A program made the translations under genes and the position numbers. From Scenedesmus sp. PABB004 (Eukaryota): DNA of 64,000 nucleotides. Under the pieces are notes generated by a model. It was not told the origin of the DNA and did no database searches. It saw only the letters and a list, made by a program, of their open reading frames with translations. Each line of letters begins with the position of its first letter. The stretch's first letter is position 1. Location of the stretch: contig CM026548.1 of the NCBI GenBank assembly GCA_014905635.1, positions 310,001 through 374,000 on the forward strand, given 5' to 3'. Positions 51,990-61,703 of this stretch are shown in pieces.

Positions 51990-54900
51990 GCATCGAGTTG
52001 ACGCGGCCCTCGACCTCCAGCAGCCGCTGCTCGTACGTCTGCGCTGCGCCGGGCTCGCCGTCGGGGTGCGGCACGCCGCGGTTGGACGCGTCGCCGACGC
52101 TGCCCGGCGGCGCGCCCCAGCCGCGCTGCGAGCCGCCAAAGCTCGCGAGCCGCTGCGCGGCGGTGAAGCTCGGCCCCCGGCCGGCGTTGCCGCTGCTGGC
52201 CAAGCCGCCGCCGTGCTGGCTGGTGAGCGAGGCAAGCAGGCCCTCGTGGTCGGACGCAATCACGGCGCTGCCGGTCGAATAGTACGGCAGGACGTCGGGC
52301 AGGCTGCCCCCGCGGCCGCCCGCGCCGCCGTCCCAGCTCGGGAGCGGCGCGATCCAGCAGCAGCCGAGCGGCGTGGCCTTGGCGCCGCCGTGCTGTGCGC
52401 CGTCGCCGCAGCCGCAGGCGTAGCGCTGCCGCAGCAGCGCCGTGGCGATGAGCGCGCCGGCGAGCAGCAGCGCCGCGAGCAGCGAGCCGAGCACCACCGC
52501 GGCGATGCCGCCGGTCGAGAGCGGCCGCGCGCCGCTCCCGGGCGCGGCGGCGATGCTGGGGTCGCACATCAGCTGCGTCTCCAGGTAGCCGTAGAAGCTC
52601 ACGTTGCTCAGCGGCCCCGCGCCGGCAAACATCGACGGGTACAGCTCCGCGGCGCTCGGCCTGCGCGGCGGCGGCGGCGGCGGCGGCGGCAGCAGGTGGT
52701 GGGCGGCGGCGGCGGCAGCGGCAGCAGGCGGTGGGCGGCGGTGCCCGATGGGCGGCCGCGCGCGGCGGCCGCCGCGGGCGGCGCGGCGCGGGCGTTCATG
52801 GGCGCTCACTCTGTGAGCAGCAGGCGGTGAACCAGCGTCTGCTCGCTGTTCAAAACGGTCATGCTGCTCCCCGGCGGCGCCAGCCCGCCCACGCGCCGCC
52901 ACACTGCGCTGTCCGCGAGCTGCGCCGGCGAGTCGACGCGGCCCTGCACCAGCACGCCCTGCGGAGCGGCACAGCAGCAGCGGCAGCGGCGGCGTCGGGC
53001 GCCCGCGCCGCGCGGGGCGAGCACGGCGCACCGCAGCTGAGCCGCGGGCACAGGCGCGGCGCAGTGCGCACGTCGAGCTCCAGCGCGCCGCCCTCTGCCA
53101 GCTGGATCGGGGGCAGCAGCATCCAGCTGCCGGCCGCGCCGGCGTGGTCGGGCACGCCGCGCAGCGTGATGTCGCCCGAAATGCGCAGGAGCGCCGACAC
53201 ACGCAGCATGACCTCGCCCTGCGGCCGGCCGGGCGGCGCGGTGTGTGTGCGAGGCGGCGGCGGCCGCGCTGGCCGTCGCCCGCCGGCTGGCGCTGCCGCC
53301 GCCGCGGCCGCGATTGGCTTGCAGACCCAATCACCGTGAGCTTGCTGAAGTCAATCGTGTAGCGCCCGCCCGTCTCCGCGTCCGGGTGGCAGCCGCGCAG
53401 CTCCACGGGGCGGGAGATGTTGACCACGTCGACGTCGTTGCCGGGCGCCACCTGGTCGCGGCGGCGGCGCGGCGCCGCCCGTCACGCCGCCAGCGCAGCC
53501 GCCGCCGCCACCCCCTGCCCTGGCCCCTGCCGCCTGCCGCCTGCCGCCTGCCGCCGTGTCGCGCGCCCCTGCCGCACCTGCCAGCGCCCCGGGTGCAGCA
53601 TGACGTCGCGCGCGATCTGAATCATGGTCACGTCATCATCCAGCAGCAGCACCTGCAGCCCCGTGTCGCCGTCCACCACGTCCACGCCCGTCTCGCCGGG
53701 CGGGAAGCACGCCGCCGGCGCCTGCACGACCGTCACGCCCGACATAGTGAGCGCGGCGCCCGCGGCCGCGGGGGACGCGCCGCCCAGCGCGGCGCCGCTC
53801 AGGTCGTCGTCCCACGAGGCAACCACAAAGCCCGGCCCCGGCGCGCCCGCCGGCAGCGGCCCCAGGCGGGGCGCGCCGCCGCGCGCCCCCTCCAGCGCGG
53901 CGCGCGCCGCGGCGGCGTCGGGCACGCCCACGGTGACGTCCGTCAGCGCGAGCGCCGCGCCGGCGGAGACGTCCACCGAGCCGAGCAGCGGCAGCGCCGG
54001 CGCGCCGCCGCCCGGCGCGGACGGCAACGCCTGCAGCAGCTGCAGCCCGCCCCGCAGCGCCAGCGTCGCGCCGCGCTCCAGCTGGATCGCCTGGCGCAGC
54101 GAGTTGAAGTCCAGCGCCGTCGGCGCGCCGCCGCCGGCGCAGGCGCTCACGTTGGCGCTGCGCATTGGGCCCGCGCCGGCTGCGAGCGGCGAGAAGTGCG
54201 CCGGCTGCATCGTGACGTTGGCAAACACCAGCACCTCGCCGCCGCCGCTGCCCGGCGGCGCGGCCGACGCCTCGCGCAGCGCCGCCGCGAGGCTCGCGCT
54301 GTCCCACGCGAGCACCGCGCCGCCGGCGTAGCAGCTGGGCGCCGGGTCGAGCGCGAGCACGCAGCCGCTCATCGCCACGCTGCTGCTGCCGCCGTAGTAG
54401 CCGAGCTGCAGCGGCGCGAGCGGCACGACGCGCCGCACCGGCAGCGCCGCCGCCGCGCGCGCGGGCGCCGCCGCCGCGCGCACCGCCGGCACCGCCGCCG
54501 CACCGCCGCCGCCGCCGCCGCCGTCGCCGGCGCTTAGGGCGCCGCGCGCCGCCTGGGCTGACCAGAAGGGCATGCGCCAGGCGAGCGCGTCGAGCCCGTC
54601 GCGCACGAGCAGCGTGCAGGCGTCGAGCGACAGCGCCGCGCCCGCGGGCGCGAGGCCCACGCCCGCGAGCGGCGTTGCGCCCGTGGCCGTGGTGTAGGGC
54701 AGGGGCTCGGCGGGGTAGAAGCCGGCGACCACGAGCCGCGACAGCTCCAGCGAGCCGCCGCCGCCGACGCGCAGCAGCGGCGCCGCCGCGCCCCCAAAGT
54801 CCAGCAGCGACCGCCCGGGGCCGGCCGACGCGATGGTCACCGGCCGGGAGATGGTCAGCGGCGCGAAGGAGCCCGGCCGCAGGTGCACCGGCGCCACGAG

Positions 54901-55077
54901 CGCGACGCGGCGCACGCCGGCGTCCGACAGCGCCGCCGCCAGCTCCTCCGCGCTCGACACCACCGTCGCGTCCGGCGGCGACGCCCCGCTGCTCAGGGCG
55001 ACGCCGGCCAGCGCCAGCGCGAGCGCCAGCGCCAGCGCGCGCCGGGCGGCGCGGCAGCAGGGCCCCCGAGGGGCCAT
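46742..55077 (-). CDS. Receptor-like TKL Ser/Thr kinase (signal peptide, repeated ectodomain, TM, kinase, long low-complexity tail)
   Basis: Signal LALALALALAGVA; TM IAAVVLGSLLAALLLAGALIA; LGEGTFGKV, VAVK, HSDLK|ARNILL, DFGLS, GTMTHMAPE, DVYAFG. Eleven introns, three GC-AG. Tail has polyQ and frame breaks near 49290 and 47710. Confidence 0.9.
49609..49746 (-). repeat. (CAG)n polyglutamine tracts in the kinase tail
   Basis: (CTG)n runs on the plus strand that translate as polyQ. Confidence 0.9.
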
Positions 55078-55420
55078 GCCCGCTCCCCGCTCACCCCGAG
55101 CCGGGCGGTCCGCGTCTCGATGGCATCCGTGCTTTACCGGGTCCCGTACCGTGTCGAGCGCGCCCCCACGCGATGCGGCCGCCTCACGGCGCCGCGAGTC
55201 GATGTGCGAGGCTCGCAGCGGGACGGCTGGCGCGGGGCCGCTCTCAATGCGCGCTGATGTGTCACGTCTGATGCTGCGCTCTTCTCGGTAGCACCGGTTC
55301 GTCGGCGAGCGCGTGCTGAGCGTCCGCGAATTAGCTGCAGGGCCCAGGAGCTGCTGCAGGGGCACGCGCCCGACGGCGCCCGCCCCTCTCCGGCGCGGCC
55401 GCACAGGCCCAGCAGCAGCC

Positions 55421-58400
55421 ATGCAGACAGCGGGCGCCATGCGCGCACGGTGCGCGGCGCCGCTGCCGCGCTGCCGCGCGCGCCGCTGCCCCCCACCGCC
55501 GCCCCGCCCACCGCCGCCCCCCGCCTGCCGACCGCTCGGCAGGGCGGCGGCGCCGCGCCGCCGCACCGCGGCGGGCGCCAGCAGCGGTGCGGCCGCGGCG
55601 CGGCCACACAGCGCTCGCTCGCCGGCGGTCCCCGCGGCGCCCCGCCTCACCCCGCCGCCGCCTCCCCGCAGCGCCGCCTCGCGGCACGAGCAGGGCGGTG
55701 GTCATGCGCCCGCTCGGCGAGCCCGCCGGCGCCGGCGCGCCGCCGCCGCCGACCAGCGCCGCGCCGCCCGGCAGCGACGGGCGCTTCGACGCCGGCAGCC
55801 GCAGCGCCGGCGCGCCGAGCACGAGCTACGGCGGCGGTGGCAGCGGCAGCAACGGCACGGGCACGGGGCTCGTGCTCGCGCGGCAGCCGGTCTCGGCGCT
55901 CGCGGCGGTGCAGACCGCGGCGGCGGGCGGCGCGAGCTCGCTGCGCTCGCGCGACCGCATCGCGGCGGCCATCGCGGAGAGCAGCCAGGTGGGGCGGCGG
56001 GGGCGGCCCGGGCAGGCGGGGGCGCGGGCGCGTGGGGTGGGTGCGGTTGTGCAACCGCAGCGCGCTCACGCGTCGCCCGCCGTCCCCCACTGCCGCCCGC
56101 CGCAGCGCGACTTCCTGGGTGAAGCGGACTACAAGTGGGCCCAGGTGCGCGCCCGGCGAGCACCGCCGCCGCCCGCCGCCGCGCCAGCCACGGCGCGGGC
56201 CCGCGCGCGGCCGCGCGCCCGCCGAACACCGCGGCCGCCGAACCGCAGGACTCGTACAACGTCACGCAGCGCAACGTCGACACCTGGGCGTTCTTTGTCG
56301 TCTTCCGGACCCGCCTCTGGCTGCTCGACCAGAAGTGGAGCTACGCCGGCGGCATGACCGGTGCGCCGCGCCGCGGCCGCACGGCCCGCCCGCCGCCGCG
56401 CCGGGGGCGCTGCGCGGCGCGCGGCCGCCGCGCGCGAGCACGCTGCCGCCGACCGCCGGCCGCCCCCCCCCCCCCCCCCGGCGCGCCCGCGCGCGCGTGC
56501 GCAGACGAGAAGCGCTCGGCGCGTGCGCGGGGCCTCGCCAAGTACCTGCTGGAGTCGATCCTGCAGCTCGGCCCGTGAGCGCGCGGCGCGGCGGCGCTCG
56601 GGGCGGCCGCGGCGGCCGCGGCGGCGCGTGGCGCCGCGCCAGCCCAGCCGCCGCGGTCGCGCGCCGCGCCGCGCCAGCCCAGCCGCCGCCGCCGCTGCTG
56701 CTGCCGCTCGCAGGACGTTCATCAAGGTCGGGCAGCTCTGCTCCACGCGCAGCGACCTCTTCCCGGCAGAGGCGCGCGCTGCCGCCGCCGCCGCCGCCGG
56801 CTCTGCCGCCGCCGCCAGCTCCGCCGGCTCCGCCTCGAGCGTGCACGCCGTCAGCGCACGCGCCGTCAGCGCGCCCACGCCGCGCCCCGCCGCCGCCGCC
56901 GCCCGCAGTTTGTGGAGGAGCTGGGCAAGCTGCAGGACCGCGTGCCCGCCTTCTCCGCGGACAAGGCCGAGGCGATCATCGAGGCAGACCTGGGCCAGCC
57001 CGTGGGCAAGGTCTGCGCGCCGCGCCGCGCCGCGCGCCCCGCCGCCGCCCGGGCGCGGCGCCGCAGCGCCGCCGACGCCGCCGCCGCCGCCGGCGCCGCC
57101 GCGCGCAGCTCTTTCGCTCGTTCGACCGCCGCCCGATCGCCGCGGCGAGCCTGGGGCAGGTGCACCGCGCGGTGCTGCACAGCGGCGAGGAGGTGGTGGT
57201 CAAGGTGCGCCGCCGCACCACCCGCCCCACGCGGCCCCTGCCGCGCAAACGCCGCCGCCGCACCCCTTGCCGCCCCTGCCCCGCAAACGCCGGCCGCGGC
57301 CCGCGCCCGCGCGCGGGGCGGCCTGGCGCGCCGCGCCGCCGCGGACCCCCGCCGCCGCGAACGGCCCGCGCCGCGCGTCGCCGCGCCCGCGTGCGCGCGC
57401 CGCGCGCAGGTGCAGCGCCCCGGCCTGGCCGCGCTGTTTGCCATCGACCTCAATAACCTGAGGATCCTCGCGGAGCAGCTCGACAAGGGGGACGACAACC
57501 GGGACTTCAAGGCACGGCCGCCGCCGCCGCACCTCCGCGCCGCCGCCGCTGCTCGAGCGCGTGTCGCCGGGGCGAGGGGCGCCCGCGCGCAGCAGCACGC
57601 GCCCGGTCGCGAGCCGCCGCCCGCCCGCCCGCCGCCCCCCCCCCCCCCGCCGTCCGCCGCGCGCGCCCTGCAGGGCATCTACCAAGAGTGCGCGACGGTG
57701 CTGTATGACGAGGTGCGCGCCGCGCCACCGCGCTGCCGGGCCGCGCCACCGCGCTGCCGGGCCGCGCACGCCGCGCCGCCCCCGCCGCGCGGCGCGGCGC
57801 CCGGCCGACAACGCGCCCCCCGCCGCCCGTCCCTGTGTGTCTGCCCGCCCGCTCCCTCCCTCCCTCCCTCCTCTCTCTCCCTCGTGCCAGATCGAGTACA
57901 TCAAGGAGGGCCGCAACGCCGACAAGTTCAGGCGCAACTTCAGGTCCGGGGCCGCTGGCGCGAGCCCTGCGAAGATGCATCATCATCGCCAAGGCCGTTG
58001 ACACGTGCCTGCACACGCACCCGCAGGGACACGCCCTGGGTGCGCACGCCGACGGTGCACTGGGCGTTCAGCTCGCCGCGCGTGCTCACGCTCGAGTACC
58101 TCCCGGGTGCGCGCCGCGCCGCCGCGCCGCCGCACCCGCCCGACCGCGCCGGCGCTGCGCCGGCGCTGCTCGTGTGATTTGCCTCCTGGCGCCGCGCCGC
58201 GCCGCGCCGCGCCGCGCCGCGCCGCGCCACGCCCGACCACGCCCGCCGGCCGCCCTCCGGCGCTGTCTTGTTCCGCCCCGCCCCGTGCCGCGCCGCGCCG
58301 CAGGCGTCAAGATCACCGACGCGGCGCGCCTGCAGGCGGCCGGCATCGCCACCGACCTCGTGGCGCGCCGCGCGACCGAGGCGTACCTCATGCAGGCACG

Positions 58401-60950
58401 GCGCCGCGCAGGAGGGGGGGGGGGCGCAGGCAGGGGGGCCAGGCCGGCACGGCGGCGGGGCGCGGCCGCGCAGGGGGGCGCCGGCGGCGCGCGGCCGCGC
58501 AGGGGGGCCGACGGGGCGCGGCGGCGGGGCACGGCGAGCTTCAGGCCCGCGACGAACGCTCGGCCCCGAAGCCCGCCGCGCCCCGCCGCGCGCCCCTGGC
58601 CTCCCGGCGGGCGGCAGCACGCCGGGCCGAGCCCGGGCAGCGCCCGAGCCCGGGCAGCGCCCGCGCCGCCCCGCCTGGCGCGCCGCCCCCCTCACTTCAC
58701 GCCTGCCCCACACACGCCCGCCCGCGCCGCCCACACACACAACAGGTGCTGCGCCACGGCTTCTTTCACGCGGGTGCGCGGCGTGCAGGGGGCAGGCACA
58801 CGCGCGGCGCCCCCGCGGCGCGCGTGCGCCGCGCCGCCCCTCACTGGGCTCGCGCCACCCGGCCCCGACGCGCCGCCGCCGCCGCGCGCCGCGCCCCGCC
58901 CCGCGCGCCGTCCGCCGCGCGCCGCGCGCCGCGCGCCGCGCGGCAGACCCGCACCCCGGCAACGTCTCGGTCGACGCTGCCGGCCGGCTGCTCTTCTACG
59001 GTGCGGCCCGACGCGCCGCCGCCCGCCCGCCCGCCCGCCCGCGCGCCCGCCCTGCCTCGATCTCCCCGCGCCGCCGCCGCCTCGCCGCGCCGACTCCCCT
59101 TACTCAACCCCGCCCTCGCTCGACCCTCAACCCCCTAAACCCCACCCTTCATTGAACTAAACCGCTGCCAGACTACGGCATGATGGGGACCATCCCCGGC
59201 AACGTGCGGGAGCGCCTGCTGGACGTCTTCTACGGCATCTACAAGTGCGGCGGGGCCCTGGTTTAGGGCAGGGTTTAGGGCAGAGTTTAGGGCAGGGTTG
59301 AGGGCAGGGTTGAGGGTTGAGGGCTCCTGGGGAGGTTGAGGTTGTGAGGGGACTCTGCACAGCGCCCGCGGCAGCAGCGCTTCGTGCTGCACCCTCGCGG
59401 CGCCCCACCCGCGCCCGCGCCGCGCGCGCCGCGCGCCGCGCGGCGCAGGAAGGACGCGGGCGGCGTCGTGCGCGCGCTGGTGGAGCTGGGCGTGATCACG
59501 CCGACGGGGGACATGCTGAGCGTGCGGCGGGCGATTGCCTACTTCATAGACAACATCACGCGCCAGACGGAGCGGCAGGAGACGATCGCGGTGCGTGTGC
59601 GCGTGTGCGTGTGGGGGGGGGAGGGGGGGGGGCAGAGGTTGGCTACGCCGGGGGAGGGGGGGGGCAGGGCGCTCCCTGCGCGAGCGAGCACCCTCGCACC
59701 CGCGGCGGCGCCTGGCGGGCGGGGGGCCGGCAGCGCGCGGCCCACGCGCCCCCGCGCCCCCGCGCCGCAGGCCATCGGGGAGGACCTCTTCGCCGTGGCG
59801 CTGGGTGCGCCACCGCGCGCCGGCGCGCCCGCCGCCCGAGCGCGCCCCTCCCTCTCGCCGCCGCGCCGCCGCGGCCCGGGGCGCCCACCCGCCGCCCGTC
59901 CGCCCGCCGCGGGGCCCCCGCGGCGCGCCGCGCAGACCAGCCGTTCCGCTTCCCCGCGACCTTTACGTTTGTGCTGCGCGCGTTCAGCACGCTCGAGGGC
60001 ATCGGCAAGACCCTAAACCCCGCCTACAACTTCAGCGAGGTGGGCACATGCGACATGGGGCCGGACACGGGGGCGGACACGGGGGCGGCCCCTGGCCTTC
60101 CCGCGGCGGCGCGCGCGAGCGGGCGGGCACCTGCGGCCCCGCCGCGCCGACGCGGCGCCGCCCGCGCGCGCGCCGCCGCCGCGCAGGTCGCCACGCCGTA
60201 CGCGCAGGAGCTGCTGGCGCTGCAGGTGCCCGGCGCCTTCGCCGCTGCGCCGCCGGGGCGGTCGCAGCAGCACGGCAGCCCGCGCGCGCGCGCCGCGTGC
60301 CTGCTGCCCTGCCCGCGCTGCTCGCGGCCCACGCCGTCGCCGCGCGCGTCCGCCGCGCCCGCGTCCGCTGCTTCCTTGCAGGAGGGCGGGCAGCAGGGGT
60401 TCATTATCGAGCAGCTGCAGCAGCAGGCGACCGAGGTCACGCAGGCCGCGGCGGCGATGCCGCTGCGCGTCGCGCGCATCGACTCCACGCTGGAGCAGCT
60501 CGAGACGGGCGACCTCAAGCTGCGCGTGCGCGTGCTCGAGGGCGAGCGCGCGGCGCGGCGCGCGGCGTGCTGCAGGTGCGCGCCGCCGCGCCCCTGCGCG
60601 CCGCGCCTGGGCGCGCCTCGCGAGCGCCGGCGGCTGCTCCCACTGCCCCACCTGCTGTCGCTGCGCGGCCCCCGCTCGCGGGCCCCCGGCCGCGCCCGCG
60701 GCGCACGCCGCTGACCGCGCCGCCGCCGCTGACCGCGCCGCCGCCCCCGCCCTGCGTCCAGGTCGCGACCATCAACACCGTCGCCACGGTGGGCCTGCTC
60801 AACGTCGGCACGCAGCTCGCGCTGCACGGCGGGCTCGAGGCCGGCGCGGGCGCGTGCTTTGCGCTCGCGGGCTTGTCGGCGGTGTTTGTCGCCCTCGGCT
60901 TCAAGCGCGTGCAGCGCCTGGACAAGTTTGAGAAGGAGATCCGCGGCTGA
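55421..60950 (+). CDS. ABC1K7: ABC1/UbiB atypical kinase, ABC1K7 (SIA1)-like, plastid
   Basis: LQLGPTFIKVGQLCSTRSDLFP, IAAASLGQVHRA, VVVKVQRPGL, GFFHADPHPGN, YDYGMMG, AIGEDLFAVALDQPFRFPATFTFVLRAFSTLEGIG, PYAQELL. Twenty-one introns, three GC-AG. Frame break near 60563. Confidence 0.92.
59260..59350 (+). repeat. Degenerate telomere-like minisatellite (GTTTAGGGCAGG / GTTGAGGG units) in an ABC1K7 intron
   Basis: About five 12-nt units containing TTTAGGG or TTGAGGG. Confidence 0.85.
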
Positions 60951-61652
60951 GCTGCGCGCCGCGCGCTGACCCGCGGCCGGCGAGAGCTGTGAGAGGCTGA
61001 CCTAAACCCGCGCCTGACCCGCGGGCGGCGCGCTGGGCCGATCCGCGCGGCGCTGAGAGCTGAGAGCCGGGCGAGGCTGGGCAGAGCAGAGCTCTGGGCG
61101 GGAAGAGTGCAGTGTTAAATGAGCGGCGTGAGTAGACGGTGTCGTGGCCGCTGAGCGCGGCGCTGTGGCCGTGCATATACGTATGCATCTGAACACCCCG
61201 CAAGCTCCCCACGCGCCCGCCGCCTGCACACTGCGCGCCGCCGGCAACCGCCGCACCACACCCTCACCCCCGGCCACGCCCGCCCGCGCCTGCCGCCGCC
61301 GCGGCCCATGCGCCAGCGGCGGCAGCACCTCGCCCGCCCCTGCGCAGGCGCGCGCGGCGGCGCGTCCGCACAGTGGCGCAGCCGTCGGCAGCAGGACACT
61401 GTGGCAGCGGCCAGCAGCAGCACGCACCAGCACCCACACACCGCGCGCAAGTGATGCAACAGAATGCTCGGCCGCTCACGTCGAGGTCAGGCTTGCAAGC
61501 CGCTTGATCACCAGGGGCGCTGAGCTTTGAAGCGCCGCTCAGGCACCGCGTACGTAGAAGCACCGGACAGGGCACGCGTCCCGTCCCGCCTCCCTCCGTT
61601 CCTCCGCCGCCTCCTCCTCCCTCCTCGCCTCCCAGCCGCACCCTGCTGTTTT

Positions 61653-61657
61653 TTACA
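61653..61657 (-). terminator. TGTAA polyadenylation signal (fasciclin gene)
   Basis: TTACA on the plus strand about 50 nt beyond the stop at 61704. Confidence 0.6.
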
Positions 61658-61703
61658 CGCCAACCTTGATGGCGCCGCCGGCGTCGGGCGCAGCCGCGCT
61701 GCC

